Below, piece by piece: positions 20,315 through 30,653 of a stretch of DNA of 64,000 bases. A program made the position numbers and the translations under genes. The notes under the pieces were generated by a model. It did not search any database. It saw only the letters and a list, made by a program, of their open reading frames with translations, and had not been told where the DNA came from. Positions within the stretch are counted from its first letter, which is position 1, and every line of letters begins with the position of its first letter. The DNA is from Candidatus Bathyarchaeota archaeon (GTDB taxonomy: Archaea > Thermoproteota > Bathyarchaeia > Bathyarchaeales > Bathycorpusculaceae), in contig CAVRFW010000005.1 in NCBI GenBank assembly GCA_963720565.1, positions 192,001 through 256,000 of the forward strand, in the 5' to 3' direction.

Positions 20315-20602
20315 ATGGCAGATAAACAAGACTCTATCTTCGTTGGAAACAAACCCCCCATGAATTACGTGCTGGCTATTATAACCGCTTTCTCTTCAGG
20401 TACAGCCAAAGAAATAACGCTGAAGGCTAGAGGACAAGCCATAACGACGGCCGTTGATGTTGCAGAAATTACGCGAAGCCGTTTCCTGAAAGACCTGAAG
20501 GTAAGTAAGATAGCCATCGGTACTGCAGAGATGCCTCCGCGAGAAGGCGAGAATCGATCAAGGATGGTTTCAACGATAGAGATTAGCCTTTCAAAAGAGT
20601 AG
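20315..20602 (+). CDS. albA: DNA/RNA-binding protein Alba
   Basis: IFVGNKPPMNYVLA, LKARGQAI..AVDVAE, VSTIEI; start taken at ATG 20315. Confidence 0.96.
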   Translation: MADKQDSIFVGNKPPMNYVLAIITAFSSGTAKEITLKARGQAITTAVDVAEITRSRFLKDLKVSKIAIGTAEMPPREGENRSRMVSTIEISLSKE

Positions 20603-20728
20603 CATGACACACGGAAAGAAAATCGATTCAACCTCTCCATATCTTTCTACTATTTTGTTAGCAATGAATTTTCAATAATACTTCAAGAGAAGTCTGCAGG
20701 AATCCTTCTGACCGTTCAGAGGTATTGC

Positions 20729-21596
20729 CTAAGTCTTCTCTTTTTCTCTTGAGTCTAAGTATGACTCGACTTTCTTGACGATTTGAGCGAAAGCTTTTGA
20801 TGCAGCTGAGTTTTGGTGCTCGATTACGAAAGGTGAACCCTTGTCAGAATCAGCACTGACTTGGGGGTCAATTGGAATGCTTCCCAGGAACTGCACGTTG
20901 GTTTCTTGCGCCATCTTTTCTCCGCCGCCAGATTGGAATATGTCTACCTTGTTTCCGCAATGTGGGCAGACAAATCCACTCATGTTTTCAACAATGCCCG
21001 CTATGGGCATATTCAGTCTTTGAGCGAAGGTTATGGCTTTCTGAACGACTGACTCTTGAGAGTTCTGAGGGCATTGTAACGATTACGACGCCGTCCATTT
21101 CGGGTAATAGTTGTGCTATGCTCAAGGGTTCGTCTCCTGTTCCAGGGGGTAAATCTATGAAAAGGATGTCTAGTTCACCCCACACGACGTCTGTTAAAAA
21201 CTGGCGTATCGCCGTCATCTTGAGTGGGCCTCTCCAGATAGTGGGTAGCTTTTCTTCCGGCAAGAAGAAATCTATGGAAATAACCTTCATGCCTAACGGG
21301 CCTATCACTGGAAAGGCTCCCGGGGGTCCTACTTTCACTTGTTGCCCGGTTAAACCGAGGAGTCTAGGTATGCTTGGACCGTGAATGTCCGCGTCTAGCA
21401 CGCCGACTTTTTTTCCATTAAGGGCAAAGGCCGCGGCTAGATTCACCGTGACTGTGCTCTTGCCGACTCCGCCTTTTCCGCTTATAATGGCGATTTTGTG
21501 TTTTATTTTGCCCATCCTGATTCTGAGAATCTGACGCTGTTCCGATATTTGTTTTCCGAAAACTTGTGTGTTTTTTGTTTCTTCCGAATTTGTCAT
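20729..21596 (-). CDS. Mrp/NBP35 (ApbC) Fe-S carrier ATPase, split by a one-base frameshift near 21050
   Basis: SGKGGVGKST, DADIHGPS, WRGP, DLPPGTGD in first ORF; GIVENMS..CPHCG in second. Confidence 0.9.
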
Positions 21597-21865
21597 AGAA
21601 ACGCCTTCTTTGGCGGAGTTTGTGTCATTTTTGATGCTTAGAGCTGACTAAATAGTTTATGGTCATGTTAGTCTTCGAGAATATGTGGAAAACTGCTTTC
21701 TTAGTAACGACTGTCTATTGCGCGGTAGATAGAGCTCTTGCTATAGAGTATGTTGGTTAGTCTTGTAGTTTCGGGGCTTTTTCGGGAATACTCTGGATTA
21801 GTATTGTTGATTCATAAGTGTTTTAATTTCACACGGTTAAGGTATCGTTTGCAAGGTGAAGTTGC

Positions 21866-22075
21866 ATGAGTGAACAAATCCTCAAAGCTTGCAAGGAATT
21901 GATTGACGACGCAAAAATGAGTTGTGCTGATCTCGTTTTCAAAGAAGTATGTCTTGAAGTTTTGTACAGAGCACGTCACGTCCTTACCGAAAAGCAGTAT
22001 GGTCAACTCGTCGCGTATGCCTCCGATAAACTCACTTTTCAGATTCAGCCAGCAGAAATAATGATTCAAAGATAA
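21866..22075 (+). CDS. Small hypothetical helical protein
   Basis: ATG with AGGTGA SD upstream; protein-like composition. Confidence 0.65.
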   Translation: MSEQILKACKELIDDAKMSCADLVFKEVCLEVLYRARHVLTEKQYGQLVAYASDKLTFQIQPAEIMIQR

Positions 22076-22176
22076 CTCCATCCCAGCCAGTTTCTTTATT
22101 AGCTCTTGGCTATGCGATGCCCAGAAGCAAGGTTGACTTCACCTTGCACCTCCGTTTTCCCTATTTCTTTGTGTTG

Positions 22177-22680
22177 TTAACTCAGTTTGTAACCGATTTC
22201 TCTCAAGAATTTTCTACGTTCTTTGACGTTTTCGTCTGTTTCTATGCCCGTGGTTTTTAGCCCGTCAATGACGCCCATTATTCCTCTGCCTTGCTCTGTT
22301 TCAGCAATTACTATTTCCACTGGGTTCGCTGTTGCTGCGAAAACGGTGCATACTTCGGGTACCTTTTTGACTTTGTCTAGCACGTTAAGGGGATATGCGT
22401 TTTTCAAGTAGATTAGAAAGCTGTGGCCGCATGCGATTTCAAAAGCTTTCTCCGCTGCTAAACGAGTCAGTACTTCATCGTTTCCTTCGCTTCTCACCAG
22501 GCACGGTCCTGAGCTTTCACAGAAACCGATGCCGAATTTGATATTGGGCACAGAGTTAACTAGTGCTTCGTAGAGGTCCTCGACGGTTTTTATGAAGTGC
22601 GCCATTCCCAAGATGACGTTGCAGTCTTTTTCAGGTTGGATTTTGACTGTTCTGAATTCAACCATTCCCTCTATCTCCAT
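22177..22680 (-). CDS. Adenosine-specific kinase family protein (DUF355)
   Basis: [47 protein letters not shown]. Confidence 0.88.
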   Translation of the reverse strand: MEIEGMVEFRTVKIQPEKDCNVILGMAHFIKTVEDLYEALVNSVPNIKFGIGFCESSGPCLVRSEGNDEVLTRLAAEKAFEIACGHSFLIYLKNAYPLNVLDKVKKVPEVCTVFAATANPVEIVIAETEQGRGIMGVIDGLKTTGIETDENVKERRKFLREIGYKLS

Positions 22681-22919
22681 TAGTAGTTTAACGGTTTATC
22701 TTGCTTTAGAATCTGTGCCTTTGGGTTTCAGTTTAGCGGTTTTGACAGAAGACATGATTAGCTGGTGACAAAATACTCCAACGAGTCATGCCTTAAAAAA
22801 AGCTTGTTTTGCGGAATAGTCTAAGACAAATTTTATATGTTACTTTTGCTTGGCTATGTCCGTCGTGCAAGAAGCGATTTTTGCATGCCAATCAAAGAGA
22901 TAAGGAGTTGAAATAGTTA

Positions 22920-23060
22920 ATGGCCGAGAAAGAGATGCACAAGGCGACCTGTTCTGAATGCGGTCAGGAATGCGAAGTTCCGTTCAAACCTGATCCGAAT
23001 AGGCCTGTCTATTGCCGAGAATGCTGGTCTAAGAAACGACCCCCAAGAAGGCGCTATTAA
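22920..23060 (+). CDS. CxxC-x17-CxxC domain protein (46 aa)
   Basis: MAEKEMHKATCSECGQECEVPFKPDPNRPVYCRECWSKKRPPRRRY; AAGGAG SD at 22902-22907; below ORF-track length cutoff. Confidence 0.92.
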   Translation: MAEKEMHKATCSECGQECEVPFKPDPNRPVYCRECWSKKRPPRRRY

Positions 23061-23095
23061 GCTTCTAAAGATTATTCGGTAAACCGTTTCATATC

Positions 23096-23116
23096 TTTTC
23101 TTTCTTTTTTTGTTTT
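23096..23116 (+). terminator. Oligo-T archaeal terminator after the CxxC-x17-CxxC gene
   Basis: TTTTCTTTCTTTTTTTGTTTT run downstream of the stop. Confidence 0.55.
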
Positions 23117-23204
23117 CATTGTTACTTGCTTTCAAATAACCATACTTTGTGCGAACAAAACCTAAATATCATTGAACCGTTCTATGAAATCAGAAAACCC
23201 TGAC

Positions 23205-23278
23205 GGGCCGGTAGTTCAGTTGGTATGAACGCCTGACTTGCACTCAGGAGGTCTGGGGTTCAAATCCCCACCGGTCCA
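23205..23278 (+). tRNA. tRNA-Ala(UGC)
   Basis: GGGCCGG/CCGGTCC acceptor with G3-U70; anticodon arm CCTGA-CTTGCAC-TCAGG; T-loop TTCAAAT. Confidence 0.97.
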
Positions 23279-23698
23279 TTTGAACAACCACCGGTCATTT
23301 TGTTTCAGTTCAAATCATTTTCGCTTCCTGAACAAAATGTTTACTTCATATGCATAACGCGCGAAAACAACTTGCAAATAGGAAGAATTTGAAGAGTCAG
23401 CCAGAAGCTTACAACACCCTATTTTAGTAATAGTTCTAGCAGGTGTTTTGTGGTTGATAACCAGTCCTTAGAAACTATACTGTTTATCAACTTCTTGGGA
23501 ATAAGAACTTTTGAGCCCAGAGAAATCGAAGTAGCTTCTTGTTTTCTTCTACTATTCCAATTCCGTTCTGTTTGTTGTAGTAGTCTGCTGATTTTGCAGG
23601 ACGACTACTTTCAGTTTGGCCCTTCAAAATCCTGCCCAGTTTGGTTCTTCTGCAGCATGAGTAACACTAAAATATGGTTAGTTAACACTACTAGCTAA

Positions 23699-24382
23699 AT
23701 GCATATTCCCGAAGGAATTCTCAACTTATACATATGCGTTTTTATGTTCGTTGTAGCGTTGGTTTTTTTGGTTTGGGCTTGGAGAGAGGCTAAACGCACC
23801 ATGCCTCGCTCTTTCATACCTCTTATTGCAGTAATGAGCGCAGTTGTACTTGTTGTTCAGATGGTGGAGTTTCCAGTCGCAGGAGGCGGAAGCACGTGGC
23901 ACATAATGGGAGGCACCTTGGTGACCACCATTCTTGGACCCTATGGCGCTATAATAAGCCTAACCATAGTTCTCATAATTCAAGCGTTAGTATTCGGAGA
24001 CGGTGGTATTACCAGTTTTGGAGCTAACGTATTCAACATGGCCGTGATAAGCGCACTCTCCTTTTTTGTCGTAAAGTTTCTTTTGCATGGAAGTTCAGGC
24101 AAGAAGCGTCTTGGCGCAAGCCTGTTTACAGCTGCATGGCTCTCTAACATTTTAACCGCTTTGGCAGTTGGTATTCAGATTGGAATTAACCCTTTGGTGG
24201 AAACACTGGGGGGCATAGGTGTTACTGTTCCTACCATGTTGTTTTGGTATGTTCCAACGGGACTAGCGGAAGCCCTCTTTACTGTTCCAATAGTTCTCTC
24301 GCTCTCACAAGTGAGTCCAACAAAGCTTCACGGCTTGAGCATACTCTATGATACAAAACAACGAGAAAAAAACGTCGAGTGA
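23699..24382 (+). CDS. cbiM: CbiM/NikM-type ECF substrate-binding permease (Co/Ni)
   Basis: N-terminal MHIPEG metal-binding motif, STWH..GG, QAL.FGDGG...GAN. Confidence 0.85.
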   Translation: MHIPEGILNLYICVFMFVVALVFLVWAWREAKRTMPRSFIPLIAVMSAVVLVVQMVEFPVAGGGSTWHIMGGTLVTTILGPYGAIISLTIVLIIQALVFGDGGITSFGANVFNMAVISALSFFVVKFLLHGSSGKKRLGASLFTAAWLSNILTALAVGIQIGINPLVETLGGIGVTVPTMLFWYVPTGLAEALFTVPIVLSLSQVSPTKLHGLSILYDTKQREKNVE

Positions 24383-24411
24383 AAATATTGGCCAGAAGCC
24401 AGCGCGGCAGC

Positions 24412-24645
24412 TTATTCTTCAGTAAGTATCAACGTTAAGGTTGACCTTACATTCTTTATTGTTCTAAGCTTATGAGTCACAAGTTCTTTCAGTTTTTCCA
24501 TGGACTCAGCTTTCACTCTCATAACCAAGTCGTAAACGCCATATGAAACGTAAGCTTCCTCTACACCACCGAGATCCTTAGCAATTTTTAGTATCTGTTC
24601 CTCAGAACCCGACTCGACATTGAATAAGACAAATGCACTTGGCAT
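24412..24645 (-). CDS. Stand-alone Lrp/AsnC ligand-binding (RAM) domain protein
   Basis: AFVLFNV..G.E, YGVYDLV, STLTLI; no HTH. Confidence 0.88.
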   Translation of the reverse strand: MPSAFVLFNVESGSEEQILKIAKDLGGVEEAYVSYGVYDLVMRVKAESMEKLKELVTHKLRTIKNVRSTLTLILTEE

Positions 24646-24729
24646 TTCAGTTTTCCTCGCGAAGAGGTAACTCTCTAGAGTAATTAAACTATTCTACCCT
24701 TTTGTTAAGAAACCCTTCTTGAGAGGAGA

Positions 24730-25203
24730 TCAGACGGTGCATTGTCTCTGAAACAACAGTTCTAGTTGATGTACGCTCAGGTTTTTTTTCTGGTCCTCAC
24801 GGATTTCCTTCATAGACTCGTACTGCGCTTCAACCAGAATCTTTAACGCATCAATATTTTTCTTTATGTCCTCTATCTCCGCGCTCTTGTTGAGAACCTG
24901 AGATTGAGCTAGCTGTTCATTGATGTTGCCTACTGATATTTCCAATACCCTTACCTTGAAAGCAAATATCTGAAGAGTATACAACAAGCTTAACTGAGAA
25001 GACAACCTTTCCAAACGATCCAACTCGAGGGTTTTTCCAACGAATGCTTTGATCTTTTGTTCTTCCGAGGATTCTTCTGACTGGAGCAGATTCTCATAAG
25101 CTATAACCTGCTTAGAAGATGTTTCTTTGCTTTCGTCCAAAACCCTCTGAGTTCTCTTCGTTATCTTATCTAGCATCTCCAAGACTTCATCCAAATCATG
25201 CAT
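24730..25203 (-). CDS. Hypothetical coiled-coil protein; true stop possibly at 24762 (extra base near 24775)
   Basis: Helical heptad-rich sequence; SD upstream; C-terminal tail looks frameshifted. Confidence 0.7.
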   Translation of the reverse strand: MHDLDEVLEMLDKITKRTQRVLDESKETSSKQVIAYENLLQSEESSEEQKIKAFVGKTLELDRLERLSSQLSLLYTLQIFAFKVRVLEISVGNINEQLAQSQVLNKSAEIEDIKKNIDALKILVEAQYESMKEIREDQKKNLSVHQLELLFQRQCTV

Positions 25204-25393
25204 CCCTTCTCTCCTTCGTTAGATGCGCAAGAAGTATAAGAGTTTCACGGAACAAAACTCGAACCAAACATCTTCGTCACATCTGCAGTCTGGTTAAAGC
25301 AAACTTATGGAGACTACTTTGCTCCAAATCTGATTTAGCAAATCATAAATCTCTTTAACCTTACATTTACTCTACTGAACGGTTTGATCCTTC

Positions 25394-26014
25394 TTGCAAC
25401 TTCAAGATATCTTTGACTGGATGAACATCTTTGCAATTCAATACGGCTATCTCGGTATTTTCCTCATAAGCTTGATAGGCTCAATGTCAATTTTCATTCC
25501 TATCCCCTCCGCAGTTGTGATATTTGCCCTCGGCGGTCTAGAAATCTTCGACCCATTCTGGATTGCAGTTGTAGCCGGGTTAGGATCAGCCATAGGAGAG
25601 TTCTCAGGTTACCTTATCGGTATGGGCGGTCGAAAAGTCATCAACGAAAAATACAAGAAGAAAATAGATTTCGTAGTGAAGCTTTTCAAAAAATATGGGT
25701 CAATCGCAATTTTCCTATTTGCCTTCACACCTCTTCCAGACGATTTGCTCTTTATACCCTTGGGCTTAATGCGCTACAGTTTAGTGCGGGCTTTCATTCC
25801 AGCATTGATAGGAAAATTCGCCTCAAACCTCGTTATCGCCTATAGCGGTCGGTTTTCTCTACAAATCATTCGAGACATTTTCGGGGGTGAAGGCGAAGGA
25901 ATCTCAGCCATTATAGGCACAGTTCTCGGATTTGTCCTGTTGATAGCAGTATTCATCATAATGTTCAAGGTAGACTGGGAAAAACGCTTCGCCAAATACG
26001 TAGACGACACTTAG
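25394..26014 (+). CDS. DedA/VTT-family membrane protein
   Basis: YGYLGIFLIS..G...IFIPIP, GE..GY.IG..G, TPLPDD motifs. Confidence 0.88.
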   Translation: MQLQDIFDWMNIFAIQYGYLGIFLISLIGSMSIFIPIPSAVVIFALGGLEIFDPFWIAVVAGLGSAIGEFSGYLIGMGGRKVINEKYKKKIDFVVKLFKKYGSIAIFLFAFTPLPDDLLFIPLGLMRYSLVRAFIPALIGKFASNLVIAYSGRFSLQIIRDIFGGEGEGISAIIGTVLGFVLLIAVFIIMFKVDWEKRFAKYVDDT

Positions 26015-26111
26015 AGTGCCCAAATCATGAGACCTGCTTTCACAGAGCTCAAACGAAACGGGCTACGCTACCTTTAAAATCGCCAACTGCAACTTTAGCA
26101 TAGGCGCAAAA

Positions 26112-27407
26112 ATGAGAATTATCGCTGATTTGCATCTGCACAGCCGTTACAGTCGAGCAACAAGTCAACAGATGAGCATTGAGGAAATTGCCCGCTTCGC
26201 AAAAATCAAAGGGCTGAATCTAGTCGGCACAGGCGACTTCACCCACCCGAAATGGCTCAAAGAAATACAAGAAACCCTAGTTTCAGAACCTGAAAAACAC
26301 CTTTACCGTGTTGGAGGTCAACATGACTCTCCAGTGCGCTTTATGCTCACCACGGAAGTTTGCACCATCTTCAACTATGAAAACGAGTGCAAAAAAGTTC
26401 ATCACGTTATCCTAACACCCGCCCTCGAAATAGCAACTCAAATTAATGAAGCCCTCCAAAACCACGGCGACCTATCAGCCGACGGCAGGCCGATCCTCAA
26501 CATGACTGCTGCGCAACTAGTTGAGACGGTAATGGAGACCTCGAGTGAGAACATGATTTTCCCCGCTCACGCATGGACGCCATGGTTCAGTATTTTCGGG
26601 GCTTTCAGCGGGTTCGACAGCATAGAAGAATGCTACCAAGACACGGCACGGCACATTCACGCTCTTGAAACAGGTCTATCATCTGATCCCCCAATGAACT
26701 GGCGCCTAAGCAAACTCGACACAATCGCTTTGGTTTCAAACAGCGACTGCCACAGTTTTTGGCCTTGGCGCATCGGAAGAGAAGCCAACGTCTTCGAGCT
26801 TGAGGAGTTCAGTTACAACGAAGTTGTCGATGCCATCCAAAGCAACGACCCCAAACGTTTCAAGTTTACCATCGAAACTGACCCTGCCTACGGCAAATAC
26901 CACTGGACAGGCCACCGTGCCTGTAATGTATCTCTATCGCCACGCGAAGCGCAGAAGTTCGGAAACATTTGCCCAGTCTGCAGGCGAAAACTAACCAAGG
27001 GCGTCGAACAACGAGTTGAAGAACTGTCTGACCGTCCAATAGACTTCAAACGCAACAACGTTCATGGTTTTAAGCGTCTGCTTCCGCTTTCAGAGATAAT
27101 AGCAACGGTTCTGGGCACTGATTCCCCCTCGACACAGGCAGTGTGGAAAATCTACAACCGCCTCATAGAAAAATTCGGCGATGAATACTCGGTACTTATC
27201 GATGCGCCTGAAGATGCATTGACTGAGGCTGCTGAAGCAACCATAGCTAACGCGATTATTAGAGTCCGAGAAGGTTCAGTCCATGTAATTCCTGGATATG
27301 ATGGCGTCTACGGTCGTCTTGTTCTAGACCAGAAGCCTGAGGATAGCACTAAGCAACATCGTCCGCAAAGAGTTCAGCAGTCAAGTCTTTCTGATTTCTG
27401 GAAGTAA
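26112..27407 (+). CDS. Endonuclease Q family protein (PHP domain + Zn finger)
   Basis: DLHLHSRYSRATS, GTGDFTHP, PAHAWTP, SNSDCHS, GKYH, CPVC, PGYDGVYG. Confidence 0.9.
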   Translation: MRIIADLHLHSRYSRATSQQMSIEEIARFAKIKGLNLVGTGDFTHPKWLKEIQETLVSEPEKHLYRVGGQHDSPVRFMLTTEVCTIFNYENECKKVHHVILTPALEIATQINEALQNHGDLSADGRPILNMTAAQLVETVMETSSENMIFPAHAWTPWFSIFGAFSGFDSIEECYQDTARHIHALETGLSSDPPMNWRLSKLDTIALVSNSDCHSFWPWRIGREANVFELEEFSYNEVVDAIQSNDPKRFKFTIETDPAYGKYHWTGHRACNVSLSPREAQKFGNICPVCRRKLTKGVEQRVEELSDRPIDFKRNNVHGFKRLLPLSEIIATVLGTDSPSTQAVWKIYNRLIEKFGDEYSVLIDAPEDALTEAAEATIANAIIRVREGSVHVIPGYDGVYGRLVLDQKPEDSTKQHRPQRVQQSSLSDFWK

Positions 27408-27553
27408 AGATTTGCCAATTTCACGTAATCTATCTTCAGCGAAAACAACAAAAGTTGAATACATTTTGATGCTTCGCTTCTTTGCTGGAGCAAAACGATT
27501 TTATTCTTTCGCGATAATGCATATTCCCAATCTTAAACAGAAGGAAGCCAGCT

Positions 27554-28939
27554 TTGAACGATCTCCTAACCCGAATAATCAACGTTGCCATAACGAAATT
27601 CAGAGCTGAATACGCTGAAGCCCGAGCGCAAACGCTACACAAGACCATGCTAACCCTAAAAGAAGGACGAGTTGAAGCTGCACGACAAGGCATCGAAAAT
27701 GGAGTGGCACTACGCGTTCTCGTAAACGGTTCATGGGGTTTTGCATCAGTCGGTTCCCTGAACGCTGACGTACTAACCACAGCGATCTCCGACGCTTGCA
27801 GAATGGCAAAAACTGCTAGTTCAAGCCAGAAAATACCAATCAAACTCGCTCAAACCAAAGCGACGCAGGACAGAGTTCACGCCAAACCTCAAAAAAATCC
27901 CCGAGAAATACGGATTGAAGACAAAGTCAAAACCGCGTTGTCCATAAACAAAACGACCCTAGACTACGACAAACGCGTCAGGAGCTGCACAATAGACTAT
28001 CTGGATTTAACAGGTACCAACCACTTCGCAAACAGCGAAGGAACACTAATTGAACAAGACAAATTGTATGTTTGGTCAAGAATAACCGCTTCAGCAATTA
28101 GCAAAGGAGTCTTCACATTCAGCCGAGAGGAGATTGGCTCTACAGAAGGCTACGAGTTGTTCGATAAGATGACTCCTGAAAAAATAGGCGCAGCTGTCGC
28201 AAAGCGAGCAGTGGAACAACTGGAAGCTAAGCCTCCCAGAGGCGGTCCGTCCGCAGTTGTACTCGGACCAGACGTAGTGGGCGTTTTCGTGCATGAGGCT
28301 TTCGGGCATCTTGCAGAAGCTGACTTGGCGCTGTCAGGTGGTCTTTTGGCAAACAGTATAGGGAAGAAAATCGCGTCTGAAGTGGTCACGTTTTACGATG
28401 ATGGAACCATAAACGGCGCTTTTGGCTCTTTCAAATACGATGACGAGGGTGTGCAAACCCAAAAGACTCTTCTAATCAAGGACGGCGTGGTGGTTGGCTT
28501 GATGCATAACCGTGAGACCGCCCAGAAATTCAACACGGACCCAACAGGCAACGCTCGCGCCGAAGATTTCCGGGTTGAACCCATTATCCGAATGCGAAAT
28601 ACTTTCATGAGTCCCAAAGACCATTCTTTCGAAGAGCTAATCGAAGACGTACAGTCCGGCTACTATTTCAAGAGTTTTAGGGGCGGGCAAGCTAATTTGG
28701 ACGGAACTTTCCAGGTTGGCATTCAAGAAGCATATGAAATTGTCAACGGAGAAATAGGTGAACCAGTCCGCAACGCTTCCATAAGCGGTAACACTCTTGA
28801 AACGCTCTTCAAGGTTGATGCAGTGGGAAAAGACTTTGAACTATCATCGGGGCGTTGTGGAAAAGGGCAAACTGCCTTCATCAGCGATGGCGGACCCCAC
28901 ATAAGAGTCAAAGAGGTGCTTGTCGGTGGCAGTGCTTGA
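27554..28939 (+). CDS. tldD: TldD metalloprotease
   Basis: HEAFGH zinc motif, DDEG, TGNAR, RMRNT, CGKGQ, GGPH. Confidence 0.93.
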   Translation: MNDLLTRIINVAITKFRAEYAEARAQTLHKTMLTLKEGRVEAARQGIENGVALRVLVNGSWGFASVGSLNADVLTTAISDACRMAKTASSSQKIPIKLAQTKATQDRVHAKPQKNPREIRIEDKVKTALSINKTTLDYDKRVRSCTIDYLDLTGTNHFANSEGTLIEQDKLYVWSRITASAISKGVFTFSREEIGSTEGYELFDKMTPEKIGAAVAKRAVEQLEAKPPRGGPSAVVLGPDVVGVFVHEAFGHLAEADLALSGGLLANSIGKKIASEVVTFYDDGTINGAFGSFKYDDEGVQTQKTLLIKDGVVVGLMHNRETAQKFNTDPTGNARAEDFRVEPIIRMRNTFMSPKDHSFEELIEDVQSGYYFKSFRGGQANLDGTFQVGIQEAYEIVNGEIGEPVRNASISGNTLETLFKVDAVGKDFELSSGRCGKGQTAFISDGGPHIRVKEVLVGGSA

Positions 28940-30290
28940 AAAAAACGAAATGTTGAGTTTAGCAGAAAACACTGTTAGCAATGCTTTGAAGAAAGGCGCT
29001 GCAGATGCTGAGGCCTATATCTATGAGGGACAAGCCACAAACATCGGCATTGAAATAGGTCAAATCAGCAAAAGCAGCAGGATAATCGACAGAGGTTTAG
29101 GCATAAGAGTCACAGTTAACAACGCGATCGGCTTCGCGTACACAAACATTATTGAAAACCCGACCGCCACGCAAGACGCAATTGCCAGGGCGATAGGCGC
29201 GGCAAAAGCCAGCAAACCCGACAACGACTGGAAAGGCCTCCCTGAAAAGAAAAGCTACACCCACGCAGAAAAAACCTACGACAACAAACTCCTTGAACTC
29301 CACGCTGAAGACTTGGTTAACATTGCCTCCACCATGCTAGAAGCAGCCGCGAGCGTGAACAAGCGGGTTTTCCCAATAGAAGGCGGAGTTGGCGTCGCCT
29401 ACGTGTCTACCGCTATAGCAAACTCAAACGGAATAGCAGTTCATGACAAGGGCACAATGATGGAATCCAGCTTGGCTGCAGTAGCTAAAGACGGGAACAC
29501 CGTGACGCCCGTCTGCTTTGAATTCAACGCTGAAAGAAACTACAACATCGATCCGGTGTGGGTTGGAAAAGAAGCAGGTCGCCTTGCATTATCAGCTCTG
29601 AAAACCAAACGGATAGAAACATCCAACACCAAAATAATCCTAACTCAGTTCGCACTGCAAGAACTCTTCTATTATACCTTGATTAACGCCGTAAAAGCTG
29701 ACAACGTTCAAAGAGACCAATCGCCCTTCAAAGGCAAGATTAACGAAAAAGTAGCATCAGAAAACGTCACAATATACGACGATGGCTTAATCCCCGGTGG
29801 ACTTCGCACTTGGTCTTTCGACGGTGAAGGAGTCCCACAACAAAAGACTCCGCTTATCGAGAAGGGAATACTCCGCAACTTTCTATACGACAACTACGCA
29901 GCGAAAAAAGAAGATAAACAGAGCACAGGCAACGCTTCGAGAGCTGGGTATCTTTCAACACCAAACGTCGAAGCCACAAACTTCCACGTGCTGCCTGGAA
30001 CCAACACATCCGACCAGATCATGAACGAGGTCGATGACGGCTTAATAATCTACTACTTGCAAGGTGCCCACAGCAGCAACCCGGTTAGCGGTGAATTCTC
30101 GGTTGTAGCTACACCCGCTTGGAAAATCAGGAAAGGTGAAATAACTCACTCAACGCGCGGCGTGATGCTGGCAGGAAACATCTTTGAATTGTTAAAAAGT
30201 GTAAACATAATCGCCAATAACGAAAGAAAAATGGGACAACTAGTCTCACCGTGGATTCTGGTAGATAACGTCAGGGTCATCGGAAAATAG
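28920..30290 (+). CDS. pmbA: PmbA/TldE partner subunit
   Basis: FDGEG, STGNA, SGEFS, no HExxxH; paired with tldD. Confidence 0.9.
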   Translation: MSVAVLEKNEMLSLAENTVSNALKKGAADAEAYIYEGQATNIGIEIGQISKSSRIIDRGLGIRVTVNNAIGFAYTNIIENPTATQDAIARAIGAAKASKPDNDWKGLPEKKSYTHAEKTYDNKLLELHAEDLVNIASTMLEAAASVNKRVFPIEGGVGVAYVSTAIANSNGIAVHDKGTMMESSLAAVAKDGNTVTPVCFEFNAERNYNIDPVWVGKEAGRLALSALKTKRIETSNTKIILTQFALQELFYYTLINAVKADNVQRDQSPFKGKINEKVASENVTIYDDGLIPGGLRTWSFDGEGVPQQKTPLIEKGILRNFLYDNYAAKKEDKQSTGNASRAGYLSTPNVEATNFHVLPGTNTSDQIMNEVDDGLIIYYLQGAHSSNPVSGEFSVVATPAWKIRKGEITHSTRGVMLAGNIFELLKSVNIIANNERKMGQLVSPWILVDNVRVIGK

Positions 30291-30406
30291 CAATAGCAGG
30301 TCGCAAAGAAACCTGCCTAAACAAACTCTTCCCATACTTTACTAGCACCTATATGGGTATCGCTCTCAACCCTCTCACTACAAAATCCGTAGTTGCAGCA
30401 TAAGAT

Positions 30407-30484
30407 TGGTGCTCCGGCCGGGATTCGGACCCGGGTCCACGGCTCGAGAGGCCGTTATACTTGACCGGACTATACTACCGGAGC
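30407..30484 (-). tRNA. tRNA-Glu(CUC) with encoded CCA and atypical T-loop (C55)
   Basis: GCTCCGG/CCGGAGC-ACCA acceptor; anticodon arm ACGGC-CTCTCGA-GCCGT; T-loop TCCGAAT. Confidence 0.93.
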
Positions 30485-30653
30485 TCGGATGAGACTATCT
30501 TTCAATTGTGTTTGCGGTATATAGCCACTTCGTCTCTTCAGCGGCAGCATACATAGGGTGTTTCAAAAATTAAGAATAATTCTAATTTAAAAAGCCATTT
30601 CTTGAAATAATGCTCGCGAGAAAACAAGAAAAAAAAGAGATAGAAAAAGGCGT

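Noticed and set aside
22917..23135. 72-aa minus-strand ORF
   Set aside because: Antisense to the CxxC-x17-CxxC gene and its terminator
23280..23698. Cobalamin riboswitch upstream of cbiM; 82-aa ORF 23450-23698
   Set aside because: No B12-box or GGGAA/GCCACTG-type core seen; one isolated hairpin near 23577-23608 is insufficient; ORF lacks coding character
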